DNA of 64,000 nucleotides, from positions 90,802-154,801 of the IMG/VR virus record IMGVR_UViG_3300043449_002688. One strand, written 5' to 3'. A program made the position numbers and the translations under genes. Positions 34,169 through 43,329 of the stretch are shown here, in pieces. The notes below the pieces were generated by a model, which was not told the origin of the DNA, made no database searches, and saw only the letters and a program-made list of their open reading frames with translations. Numbering within the stretch: position 1 is the stretch's first letter; every line of letters begins with the position of its first letter. The stretch is from a virus.

Positions 34169-36856
34169 TTATGCTATAGCATTATCTTTAACTGCTATAA
34201 ATCTTTGATAAATAGTGTTATACATAGAGAACGTTCCACCAATGCAAACTTTTCCATCATTTTTTACAAGCACAGCATTAACTATACCGATAATTTTTCC
34301 GCCATCAACTATAGCAGTCATGAATGTAGAATCAAGCACACCAGAACTGTTAACTTTAATTAAACAGTTTCTATTAGTTGCGCCTGGATATCCTGTAAAT
34401 CCTCCACCAACGTAAATAACATTATCTGAATCAAGAACTATAGAGTTAACAGCTCCATTAACAATCTTACTTCCATCAACTGCATTGGTCATAAACGTAG
34501 TGTCAAGATTTCCAGAGCTATCAGCTTTAATTAAGCGACTTCTTCCAACTGTACCGCCATAAGTAATAAAATCTCCTCCAATGTAAACGTTGTTGTTTGA
34601 GTCTGCAATAATCGCATAGACGATATTGCTAAACTTTGTGCCATCAACTGCATTGGTCATAAATGTAGTATCAAGTACACCAGAGCTATTAACTTTAATT
34701 AAACGATTTCTTCCTGATGTACCAGCATAAGAAGTAAATGCTCCTCCAATGTAAACATTGTTGTTTAAATCTTTAGCAATTGCAAAAACCGTACTACTAA
34801 ATTTTGTGCCATCGACTGCATTAGTCATAAATGTAGTATCAAGCACACCGGAGCTATTAACTTTAATTAAACGATTTCTTCCTGATGTATTGTTATAATT
34901 AGTAAAAGCTCCACCAATGTAAATATTGTCATTTGAGTCAATTGCTATTGCTCGAATAGTGCTGCTAAATTTATTTCCATCAACTGCATTAGTCATGAAT
35001 GTAGAATCAAGCACACCAGAGCTATTAACTTTAATTAAATAGTTTCTAAAATTTGTTCCACCATAAGTAATAAAATCTCCACCAATGTAAACATTGTTGT
35101 TTGAATCAATAGCAATAGAATAAATTTGATTATTAAATTTACTTCCATCAACTGCATTAGCCATGAATGTAGCATCAAGCACACCAGAACTATTAACTTT
35201 AATTAAACGATTTCTTCCTGATGTATTGCCATAATTAGTAAAGTTTCCACCGATGTAAACGTTATTGCTTGAATCTGTAGCAATGGCAGAAATTTGGTTA
35301 TTAACAAAAGAAATCCCAATAACATTTGTTACAAAAGGTTCAGATAATACTCCGCTAGTTGAAACTTTAGTTAAATAATTAAAAAACAATCCGCCTATAT
35401 AGATATTATCGTTTAAATCTTTAACAACAGTGAAAACTGTATTATTTAATTTAGCTCCATCAACTGCGTTGGTCATAAATGTAGTATCAAGTACACCAGA
35501 GCTATTAACTTTAATTAAACGATTTCTGTTAGTTGTGCTGGCGTAGTTAATAAAATCTCCTCCAATGTAAATGTCGTTGTTTGAGTCAATTGTAATAGAA
35601 TTAATTACTGCACTGATCTTGCTTCCATCAACTGCATTAGTCATAAATGTAGTATCAAGCACCCCAGAGCTATTAACTTTAATTAAACGATTTCTTCCTG
35701 ATGTACCAGCATAAGAAGTAAAGTTTCCTCCAATGTAAATATTAGAATTTGAATCTACAGATATGGCAAAAACAGCTCCTCCAACAAATTTAGCTCCATC
35801 AACTACATTAGTCATGAATGTAGAATCAAGAGTACCAGAGCTATTAACTTTAATTAAATAACCTCTACCTGAAGTTCCTCCGTAAGAAGTAAAAGCTCCA
35901 CCAACATAAACATCATTGTCAGAAAGGATAAGGACTTTGTTAACCCCAAAATTAAATTTACTTCCATCAACTGCATTAGTCATAAATGTAGTATCAAGCA
36001 CACCGGAGCTATTAACTTTAATAAGACTATTTCTACCTGCTGTACCACCATAAGTAATAAAATCTCCACCAATATAAACGTTATCGTTTGAATCAATAGC
36101 TATAGTAGCTACCAAACGGTTAACTGCTCCAGGAAACTTTCCGCCATCAACTGCATTAGTCATGAATGTAGAATCAAGCACACCAGAACTGTCAACTTTA
36201 ATTAAACAACTTCTGTTAATTCCGCCGTAGTTAGTAAATTGTCCACCAATGTAAACATTATCGTTTGAATCAATAGCAATAGAATAAATTTGACCATTAA
36301 ATTTAGCTCCATCAACTGCATTGGTCATAAATGTAGTATCAAGTACACCAGAGCTATTAACTTTAATTAAATAGTTTCTAAAAGTTGTATTATTGTAGTT
36401 TGTAAACCCTCCACCGATATAAACGTTACCATTTGAATCAGTAGCAACAGCCCGAACGGTACTGGATATCAAAGATTTTCCCGCAATGGCTTGAGTAAAA
36501 GTAATTAAACTTTCAAGCTGCATAGTTAGCCCAGGAGGAATATCTGACTTACTAACAGCAAAAGATCCACCATCAAAATCCACTAAGATAATTTTTAAAA
36601 CATTAAATTGTGCTCTGGCTTTTTGCGAAAAAAGTATAAAAGTTTCAGGAGTAGCTTGAGACAAATCAAAGATAATATTTTTAAGCTGTTCGCCTTCAGA
36701 GGACTTATAGATTACTTTTGCAAGTTTAACGTTTTGTGGATCTGAAAAATAACTATCTGCAACAACTGACGCTAAATCAAATAATGCAGTTTTATCTAGT
36801 GTTACAGAAAACACTACGTTTTTAGCTGCAGACTCTGTTCCGTTTATTAATGCCAT
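34169..36856 (-). CDS. delta-60-like (DUF5122) beta-propeller repeat protein, putative fibre/receptor-binding or decoration protein
   Basis: 14 repeats of IAIDS..N.YIGG.F..Y....R..LIKVNSSG.LD.TF; N-terminal MALING domain. Confidence 0.8.
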   Translation of the reverse strand: MALINGTESAAKNVVFSVTLDKTALFDLASVVADSYFSDPQNVKLAKVIYKSSEGEQLKNIIFDLSQATPETFILFSQKARAQFNVLKIILVDFDGGSFAVSKSDIPPGLTMQLESLITFTQAIAGKSLISSTVRAVATDSNGNVYIGGGFTNYNNTTFRNYLIKVNSSGVLDTTFMTNAVDGAKFNGQIYSIAIDSNDNVYIGGQFTNYGGINRSCLIKVDSSGVLDSTFMTNAVDGGKFPGAVNRLVATIAIDSNDNVYIGGDFITYGGTAGRNSLIKVNSSGVLDTTFMTNAVDGSKFNFGVNKVLILSDNDVYVGGAFTSYGGTSGRGYLIKVNSSGTLDSTFMTNVVDGAKFVGGAVFAISVDSNSNIYIGGNFTSYAGTSGRNRLIKVNSSGVLDTTFMTNAVDGSKISAVINSITIDSNNDIYIGGDFINYASTTNRNRLIKVNSSGVLDTTFMTNAVDGAKLNNTVFTVVKDLNDNIYIGGLFFNYLTKVSTSGVLSEPFVTNVIGISFVNNQISAIATDSSNNVYIGGNFTNYGNTSGRNRLIKVNSSGVLDATFMANAVDGSKFNNQIYSIAIDSNNNVYIGGDFITYGGTNFRNYLIKVNSSGVLDSTFMTNAVDGNKFSSTIRAIAIDSNDNIYIGGAFTNYNNTSGRNRLIKVNSSGVLDTTFMTNAVDGTKFSSTVFAIAKDLNNNVYIGGAFTSYAGTSGRNRLIKVNSSGVLDTTFMTNAVDGTKFSNIVYAIIADSNNNVYIGGDFITYGGTVGRSRLIKADSSGNLDTTFMTNAVDGSKIVNGAVNSIVLDSDNVIYVGGGFTGYPGATNRNCLIKVNSSGVLDSTFMTAIVDGGKIIGIVNAVLVKNDGKVCIGGTFSMYNTIYQRFIAVKDNAIA
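34260..36460 (-). repeat. tandem ~165-175 bp coding repeats
   Basis: Recurrent ccatcaactgcatt(a/g)gtcat...tcaagcacaccagagctattaactttaattaaa. Confidence 0.9.
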
Positions 36857-36902
36857 TTTAAAATTCTCCCTATATTTTTAATAATAATGTTAATGTTACA
36901 GA

Positions 36903-37247
36903 TTAAAAAGTGATGTTTAATCCTGAAGGAATTTGAGCGCCTTCTAAAGATAAAATATCTTTTTCGTAATCAATTAAAACAATCTTTTCTACCTCAAAAG
37001 AACTTCTTGCTTTTATTGAAAAAAGTATTTGACAAGAAGGAGTTGCTTCTGCCAGATTAAAGGTAAAGGCTTTTTTTTGATTTCCTTGAGTTGATTTATA
37101 CATTATTCTTACGGATTTTACATTTGTTTGACTAGAAAACCAGTCATCTGCTAAAACTCCAGAAAGGCCAAATAGAGTTGTTTTATCTAGAGTTACTGTA
37201 GCTACTACACCTTTTTGTAATCCTGTTATTCCATTTAATAAAGCCAT
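36903..37247 (-). CDS. small structural protein, MALLNG paralog
   Basis: Homologous to 37274-37624 and to the N-terminus of the propeller protein. Confidence 0.75.
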   Translation of the reverse strand: MALLNGITGLQKGVVATVTLDKTTLFGLSGVLADDWFSSQTNVKSVRIMYKSTQGNQKKAFTFNLAEATPSCQILFSIKARSSFEVEKIVLIDYEKDILSLEGAQIPSGLNITF

Positions 37248-37273
37248 TTTTAAATTCTCCTCGTTATTTTAAA

Positions 37274-37624
37274 TTAAGGTGTAAAATCAATATCTAATCC
37301 AGCAGGAAGATCTGCTCTTCCTACGGAAAGTTGATCGTCTTCATAATCAATTAAAATTACTTTTAATAAGTCAAAATTATCTCTTGCTCTGGCAGAAAAG
37401 CTAATATTTGCCGCTGGATTAGCAAGCGTAAGATCAAAAATAACTGTTTTAATTTGAGACCCAACTGAAGACCTATAAATTATTTTTGCAAATCTTACGT
37501 TTGATTGAATTGAAAACCAATCATCTGCGGCTACTGGAGTTAAGGCAAATAATGCAGTTTTATCTAGAGTTAGAGCAGTAGTTTGTCCTTTGGCTACCGA
37601 ATTTAGCCCATTTATTAATGCCAT
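37274..37624 (-). CDS. small structural protein, MALING paralog
   Basis: TLDKTALF...D.WFS...NV....YKS..G.Q.K...F.L...FS..AR..F. Confidence 0.75.
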   Translation of the reverse strand: MALINGLNSVAKGQTTALTLDKTALFALTPVAADDWFSIQSNVRFAKIIYRSSVGSQIKTVIFDLTLANPAANISFSARARDNFDLLKVILIDYEDDQLSVGRADLPAGLDIDFTP

Positions 37625-37690
37625 TTTAAAAATTCTCCTTGTTCTTACAATAGTTTATCTTTATTTTAATTTTACCTTTTCTTGCTTAAT

Positions 37691-37699
37691 AAGATTAGG
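37691..37699 (-). promoter_or_regulatory. putative late promoter motif CCTAATCTT
   Basis: Upstream of 37624, next to a + strand island. Confidence 0.7.
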
Positions 37700-37784
37700 C
37701 TTATAGTACCTATGATGCCTAAAAAATATGTATAATTTACATTTTTTATTAAATTCTCAAAAAAAGACATTAAAGATAAAATCA

Positions 37785-37813
37785 TTGTTTTGAAATATCA
37801 AAAATGCTATAAT
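37785..37813 (+). promoter_or_regulatory. sigma70-type promoter (TTGTTT-17-TATAAT, TG extension)
   Basis: Upstream of AAGGA and the 37838 ORF. Confidence 0.65.
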
Positions 37814-37837
37814 TAAAGAATAACAAAGGAAATAAAA

Positions 37838-38113
37838 ATGAATCAAAATATGGCTAATCAATACGGAATGCAGTATCTGGAAATTTCAGCAGAAATCTCT
37901 CGCCTAGAAAAGAAAAAAGAAGAGCTTAAGAAAATGCTTCTTCAAGAAGGCAGTTTTGAAACTGATATGTATTGTTTTGACGTAAAAGATGTTGATCTTT
38001 TTAGGGTTGTAGACGCCAATACTTTGCTAGAGAGATTGGGTATGATGACTGTAGAAAAAAATGGTCTTATTCGCCAATCTAGTTACAAAAAACTAACTGT
38101 AAAAGCTAAATAA
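37838..38113 (+). CDS. hypothetical protein
   Basis: 91 aa, N-terminal coiled coil. Confidence 0.65.
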   Translation: MNQNMANQYGMQYLEISAEISRLEKKKEELKKMLLQEGSFETDMYCFDVKDVDLFRVVDANTLLERLGMMTVEKNGLIRQSSYKKLTVKAK

Positions 38114-38118
38114 AAAAC

Positions 38119-38199
38119 GGGCAAGCGAGGTGGTGTGACACCTTGGCGAAAGCTGGTCCTTGGTAAGACAAGGCAGGGTTTAAATCCCTCTTGCCCACC
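38119..38199 (+). ncRNA. tRNA-like RNA lacking an anticodon loop
   Basis: GGGCAAG/CTTGCCC-ACC acceptor, AGGTG/CACCT D arm, GGC-GAAA-GCT mini hairpin, CCTTG/CAAGG long variable arm, AGGG-TTTAAAT-CCCT T arm. Confidence 0.55.
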
Positions 38200-38212
38200 T
38201 TTTGAGGTTTTT

Positions 38213-38443
38213 ATGAAGAAACGTCGCCCTAGTCACGAAAATCCTTTTTTAACAAAAAATACAAAATACGAAAAACAATGTAATCAGCTTATGGGCGATA
38301 ATTTGCCAAAATCTAAAAAAAGACAATGTAAGATGGTTAAAAGCGGTAAAAAATGTAAAAATGCTGTGCCTGAAAAGCGTTATTTTTATTGCAAAGATTG
38401 TCAGCCTTTGTTGCCAGTCGAAAATGGATTTGATACATTTTAA
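38213..38443 (+). CDS. small basic Cys-rich (zinc-finger-like) protein
   Basis: GAGG then ATG at 38213; C..C...YCKDC. Confidence 0.55.
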   Translation: MKKRRPSHENPFLTKNTKYEKQCNQLMGDNLPKSKKRQCKMVKSGKKCKNAVPEKRYFYCKDCQPLLPVENGFDTF

Positions 38444-38465
38444 TAGCTAAAAAAAGGAATATTGA

Positions 38466-38711
38466 ATGCAAGATAGTTCTAATAATAAGCCAACCTTTGA
38501 GTCTCGTGATTTTATTAAAATTGCCGATTTTGCGCAAAGTTTTTTCTTAGAATCTAAAAAATTGCCTCTTAATTCTAGGGAATTGCAAATTTATTTGGTT
38601 TTAAATGGATTAAAACAATATTGCGCTCAAATGAATTTAAATCTTCCTTTTGAAATTGAAGACCTTAACAAAGAACGCCTTGATGCTGGAGGCTTGGATG
38701 ACATTGGCTGA
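38466..38711 (+). CDS. hypothetical protein
   Basis: 81 aa, AAGGA upstream. Confidence 0.6.
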   Translation: MQDSSNNKPTFESRDFIKIADFAQSFFLESKKLPLNSRELQIYLVLNGLKQYCAQMNLNLPFEIEDLNKERLDAGGLDDIG

Positions 38712-38937
38712 TTTACAATTTAAAATAAAAGTTTTAGCCAATTTTCAACTTAATCTAAAAAGATCAAATGGAAATATATCTTTTGAAAAGCTTTTAATTA
38801 ATCAAGCTAAAAAAGTAGTATTTGAAATAGATCAGGCAATTCATAAAAAAACAGTTAAATCTTCTGATGCGATTGATCTTGTTAAAAAATACAAGTTGCA
38901 AAAAATTATGAGGCTTGTTAGAAATGACAAAAACTGA
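38698..38937 (+). CDS. hypothetical protein
   Basis: GGAGG then ATG at 38698 (track start 38650). Confidence 0.55.
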   Translation: MTLADLQFKIKVLANFQLNLKRSNGNISFEKLLINQAKKVVFEIDQAIHKKTVKSSDAIDLVKKYKLQKIMRLVRNDKN

Positions 38938-39736
38938 TAACGAATATGAATATTTGCGTTTTTTAAAGCATATCTTAGAAAATGGTAAAGAAAAAACTGA
39001 TCGAACTGGAACCGGAACTATTAGTGTTTTTGGGTATCAAATGCGTTTTGATCTAAGGAAAAGCTTTCCTCTTTTAACTACTAAAAAAATGTTTTTTAAA
39101 GGAGTAAAAGCTGAGCTGCTATGGTTTCTTTCTGGCTCTACTAACATTAAATATTTAAAAGATAATGGAGTTGGCATTTGGGACGAATGGGCGGATGAAA
39201 ACGGAGAACTTGGGCCGGTTTACGGTAAACAATGGCGCTCTTGGCAGACTCCAGATGGCAAAACAATCGATCAGATCTCGCAAGTCATTGAGCAAATTAA
39301 GACCAATCCCGATTCACGCCGACTCTTAGTCGTTGCATTTAATCCTGGCGAAATTGACAAAATGGCTCTTCCGCCCTGCCACGCTTTTTTTCAATTCTAT
39401 GTACAAAATGATAAGCTTTCTTGTCAATTATATCAAAGATCGGGCGATGCTTTTTTAGGAATACCTTTTAACATTGCTTCTTATGCTTTACTTACCCATA
39501 TGATTGCGCAAGTTTGCCAATTAAAAGTAGGCGAATTTATTCACACTATTGGTGATGCACACATTTATTTAAATCATTTAGATCAAGTTAAAGAGCAATT
39601 AACCCGTATTCCAATCGAAGGCCCTGAACTGTTTATTAATCCTAAGATCAAAGATATTGATAATTTTACTTTAGATGATATTACAGTTGTAAATTATAGT
39701 TCGCATCCTGCGATAAAAGGAAAGGTAGCTGTTTAG
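38924..39736 (+). CDS. thyA: thymidylate synthase
   Basis: [62 protein letters not shown]. Confidence 0.97.
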   Translation: MTKTDNEYEYLRFLKHILENGKEKTDRTGTGTISVFGYQMRFDLRKSFPLLTTKKMFFKGVKAELLWFLSGSTNIKYLKDNGVGIWDEWADENGELGPVYGKQWRSWQTPDGKTIDQISQVIEQIKTNPDSRRLLVVAFNPGEIDKMALPPCHAFFQFYVQNDKLSCQLYQRSGDAFLGIPFNIASYALLTHMIAQVCQLKVGEFIHTIGDAHIYLNHLDQVKEQLTRIPIEGPELFINPKIKDIDNFTLDDITVVNYSSHPAIKGKVAV

Positions 39737-39748
39737 GCTACCTTTTTT
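39721..39748 (+). terminator. intrinsic terminator (possibly bidirectional)
   Basis: AAAGGTAGC/GCTACCTTT stem plus T run between convergent thyA and tube genes. Confidence 0.75.
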
Positions 39749-39774
39749 AAAAAACAACAATTATTAATTGTTAA

Positions 39775-40266
39775 TTATGTAGAAGAAGAACCGTCATCTA
39801 AGTTGGCTGCAGTGATATCATTTTGCTCATCACTTTCATCTTCGCCAAGCAATCCAATTATATCTAATCTGATATCTGAAACGCCTCGCGCAGCAACACC
39901 AGAAGACCAGCCCTGAACTCTGCATCCTAAAGCTTTAAAAATAACTAATTCGTTGCCGGTAGTATCATCTTTTGTAGCTCTATCAGTTACTTCTACAGAG
40001 AAATCATTTTCTGTAAGAAGGTTTTGCAAAAGTGTGGCATTTGCAACTGCATAGGGTCCACTATTTACTACTCGGTATCCACTTAAAGTAAGGGCTACTG
40101 CTTCTTGTGTAGTAGGAGTAATTTCTGCTGGATTAAATCTGCCTAAAATAAAAGCAGGTTCTTTTCCTTGTCTGATTTGCCAAGTGCAATTATTAAATAA
40201 TCCAACTAACTTACCATTAATGTAAATTTTCGCCCTCGCACCTGTTAAAATTTTTGGTGTACTCAT
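39775..40266 (-). CDS. tail tube protein
   Basis: TGARAKIYINGKLVG...ILG....EI pattern; directly downstream of the sheath. Confidence 0.8.
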   Translation of the reverse strand: MSTPKILTGARAKIYINGKLVGLFNNCTWQIRQGKEPAFILGRFNPAEITPTTQEAVALTLSGYRVVNSGPYAVANATLLQNLLTENDFSVEVTDRATKDDTTGNELVIFKALGCRVQGWSSGVAARGVSDIRLDIIGLLGEDESDEQNDITAANLDDGSSST

Positions 40267-40281
40267 TTTTATATTCTCCTA

Positions 40282-43035
40282 TTAAGCTGTTTGCTGTACT
40301 TCACTGATGCTCAATGAAATTGGCACAAAATAGATTAATCCTGCAAGTTTAATTTCTACGCTAATTTCAAGGACAGGCCCATTAATTCTTGCTGTCGCAT
40401 TTTTAAATCCTTTAATAGCATCGCTAGAAGGAGCAATCCAACGCAATCGTAAAAAGTTAAACATTTCTGCTTCTAGTATAGAAAGTGCAGCGTTTGCAGA
40501 AACTTGAGCTACAGACTTTCCTACTACCAGTGTATCGAATCGTTCTATGAGAGTTAGAACCATAAGATCTGATAGATAAACGGCCTGCATACTGTTATAA
40601 ACAAAGTTATTATCTATAGTGTAAGTAGATTGGTCTGAGACCCAACGGAATCCACCTGTAGGTACTCTTTCCATGAACAAAAGACCTGATTTTAAAGCAT
40701 CTTCGGTACTACCTGGATTGCCTGAATCAAAATCTCCGCTTTCCATTACAGTGCCAGAAACATTAGCAAATTTTTTGACAATCCCCTTGTATCCTGCAGC
40801 GGCTTGCATTCCAGCTGCTACTACAGCTCCCATCCAAGGTTGGAATAGAACTATATTACCTGAAGCATCTACTGATTTTACTGACTCAAAGCACATGTAA
40901 GTACGGAAAGAATTTAATTCTCCTGCTGCATCTTTTGCATCTGAATAACTAGTTTTTTTAGAAACAACAGCAATTCGATTTTTACGCATTTTTACAGATG
41001 ACATCTTTAATATATGAGCTTGAGTGTAAGCATTAATTGCATCAATTGTATAAGTAGAAGAGCTTTCTGTTTCTCCATTTGCAATATCTTCATCTGCATC
41101 GACGGAGAAAAGAGGTACTATGAAGTTGGTAGTTAATTTTTCTGCTGCATCAATTGCTGCAGCTATTAAAGCAGAAGTAGTTCCACCTTTTGATCCGCCA
41201 GACAAAAACTGATAAGTTTCTGTAGTAGCTGGCAGCCCTGATTTAACGCTTAACTGAGGTTTAATTAAAGCAGATTGTGAGTTTTGAGCTAACCAATCTG
41301 CAGAGTCTTTTTTCAAACGGCCATTTTTATGAGTTGCTAAACCTGATATGCCAAATGTCCCTTGATCTAAAGATGAAGGAGCTACGTTTGAAAATCTTGG
41401 AGATACTAACGATGCTGAAAAGTTTGTTTGAGAAGAAATATAGGCTGCAAGATCATTTAGTGTTTTAAATTGTTTAAACGTAGCTGAAAATCTGACTGTT
41501 GATCCAACTTTAAAATCAATTTTATCTGAACCTATAACCATAGTTGCGTTTTCTTCAGAACATCCAACTGCAAGAATAACGTCTCCACCAGATACAAAAG
41601 TTTCTGCTGAGTTATCTTTAGAATATGTCATTTGATTTTTAAGTTCGCTTGCGGAAACAATCTGTAGATTTGCAAGACCTGCGCTTAATCCAGCAGAAGT
41701 TTTTGCTATAACAGCCATAGTTCCAGAAACTTGTTCTTCAATGCAAAGAGTTTTGCCAAGCCCTTGAACTACAGGAGATATTACCTTAAACGGTTCAGAG
41801 GCTTCTGTTGGAGCAGAAATTGTAGCAGAAGAACTTGAACCTGCGCTTCCATTTGAAAGTCTTACCATTTTTAATGTTTGAGAAGTTGAAGCTGTAATTT
41901 GATAAAATCCGGCTTCAATTCCAGCAAAAGTTGCCTCTACTTTAACGATGTCATTGATTGAAGGCTGATTTGCCCAAGCTGCCTGAGCTGTAATTGTTAC
42001 TTCTGAACCAGTAATAACAGATTGATACTGGCCTCCAACTCCAACTGTAGAAAGCTTTCTGTCTCCAGACATATTTTTAATTTCCATTTGAGAAACTAAA
42101 ATTAAATCTTTTTGAGTAGTTGAAGCAGATGAAGCAGAAGTTAAAGCTCCTACAGTTGAAATTTTCTTAAGCGTAAGAGTAGCTGAAGTTGAAGTATTAG
42201 TTACTCCTTGAACAATGTAAACGCCAGCATTTACTTCACCTGAACCTGCAATTACTGAAGCAGTAGCTCCAATAGAATATTCATTTGCGTTTGGAATAAT
42301 AGCTGTATCTCCTACTGCAGGAGAGTTTGCCCAAAGTTGGCCTGAAGGTAAACTAACCAACAATAAATCTGTAGTTAAAGAAGCAGCGGAAAGTACCTGT
42401 CCTACAGGTAAAACTTCTTTTACTGTTCCGCCTTTACACATAATACCAGCAGCAACGTCTTCTACTAAAGGTTGAATAGTATCTGTTTTAGCTGGAACAG
42501 ATACTGATTTTAAAGCTTGTCCATTTACGCGAATTCCAAATGAAACAGAGCTAGAAGAAGGAGTATATGTAAATAGTCCTGTTGTAGGAGCTGTTTCTAT
42601 TTGTGAGATATCAGATTTAAATTTAATTAAATTACTGTTTACACCTGCTTTAATTGCTTGAAAGCTAGCAAAATCGCCAGAAACGCCTTTTAGTAAAGCA
42701 GAGCCTTTTTGAGATTGATTAGTTTTAATAACTCGAATCAAAGTTGCTGCACCAACAATATTAGGGTCATTAGCTGCAGAAATTACTGAGTTGAAAGCAT
42801 CAACAAGACGACCTGAACCGTATTTTTGCAATACTTGAATATATTGAGATGGAGAATATGCAACTTCAGAAAGATCGGCTTCATCTAAAAACCCAGGACC
42901 TTCTTCGGCTTCTCCAATAAGAGTAACTACTCCTGCCGTAGCAATATTTCCTTGTCCAGGTTTAACACTTACGCTTACGTAAGTTCCTGGATTAATTAAT
43001 GTAATACCGTCTTGTGTTGTAAAAGATTGAGCCAT
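40282..43035 (-). CDS. tail sheath protein
   Basis: PGTY N-terminus, LIGEAEEGP, LSGGS.G, C-terminal sheath domain; 917 aa with inserted domains. Confidence 0.85.
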   Translation of the reverse strand: MAQSFTTQDGITLINPGTYVSVSVKPGQGNIATAGVVTLIGEAEEGPGFLDEADLSEVAYSPSQYIQVLQKYGSGRLVDAFNSVISAANDPNIVGAATLIRVIKTNQSQKGSALLKGVSGDFASFQAIKAGVNSNLIKFKSDISQIETAPTTGLFTYTPSSSSVSFGIRVNGQALKSVSVPAKTDTIQPLVEDVAAGIMCKGGTVKEVLPVGQVLSAASLTTDLLLVSLPSGQLWANSPAVGDTAIIPNANEYSIGATASVIAGSGEVNAGVYIVQGVTNTSTSATLTLKKISTVGALTSASSASTTQKDLILVSQMEIKNMSGDRKLSTVGVGGQYQSVITGSEVTITAQAAWANQPSINDIVKVEATFAGIEAGFYQITASTSQTLKMVRLSNGSAGSSSSATISAPTEASEPFKVISPVVQGLGKTLCIEEQVSGTMAVIAKTSAGLSAGLANLQIVSASELKNQMTYSKDNSAETFVSGGDVILAVGCSEENATMVIGSDKIDFKVGSTVRFSATFKQFKTLNDLAAYISSQTNFSASLVSPRFSNVAPSSLDQGTFGISGLATHKNGRLKKDSADWLAQNSQSALIKPQLSVKSGLPATTETYQFLSGGSKGGTTSALIAAAIDAAEKLTTNFIVPLFSVDADEDIANGETESSSTYTIDAINAYTQAHILKMSSVKMRKNRIAVVSKKTSYSDAKDAAGELNSFRTYMCFESVKSVDASGNIVLFQPWMGAVVAAGMQAAAGYKGIVKKFANVSGTVMESGDFDSGNPGSTEDALKSGLLFMERVPTGGFRWVSDQSTYTIDNNFVYNSMQAVYLSDLMVLTLIERFDTLVVGKSVAQVSANAALSILEAEMFNFLRLRWIAPSSDAIKGFKNATARINGPVLEISVEIKLAGLIYFVPISLSISEVQQTA

Positions 43036-43053
43036 TTTTATTCCTCCAAAATC

Positions 43054-43326
43054 TTATTTAAGATTAGGTATATTATATCCAAAGTCTTTTAGACCTTGTT
43101 CGAACTTTGAGCTATCGTTAATAAATCCGCGAGCCATAAAATGTTTTTTAATAGCTTCTTTAAGTTCGGGTTTAAATTTATATTTACTTTGAGTTTGCAA
43201 CCACCAAGCGTCAAAAGAAATAGGTATGTGCAAATCTTGTTGTTCTTGAACTTGGTTTTGTGCAACTGGAGCTTGTTCTCCAACTACAAGAAAATCTTTT
43301 TTAATCTCTTTACGTTTTTGACTCAT
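43054..43326 (-). CDS. hypothetical protein
   Basis: 90 aa, upstream of the sheath. Confidence 0.65.
   Translation of the reverse strand: MSQKRKEIKKDFLVVGEQAPVAQNQVQEQQDLHIPISFDAWWLQTQSKYKFKPELKEAIKKHFMARGFINDSSKFEQGLKDFGYNIPNLK
43060..43068 (-). promoter_or_regulatory. putative late promoter motif CCTAATCTT
   Basis: 24 nt upstream of the sheath start. Confidence 0.7.
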
Positions 43327-43329
43327 AAA

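Noticed and set aside
34260-36460. Regularly spaced repeats as a CRISPR array or DGR template/variable pair
   Set aside because: The repeats are in-frame ~56-aa protein repeats inside one ORF, the intervening sequences are homologous rather than unique spacers, and the window has no cas or reverse transcriptase gene.
38135-38212. N-terminal extension of the 38135-38443 ORF
   Set aside because: Overlaps the tRNA-like fold; an SD-preceded ATG exists at 38213.
13282-43035. Bacterial extracellular contractile injection system or tailocin instead of a phage
   Set aside because: Neck/head-completion genes, early gene arrays, a tRNA, a homing endonuclease, thyA and the absence of bacterial housekeeping context point to a large phage.
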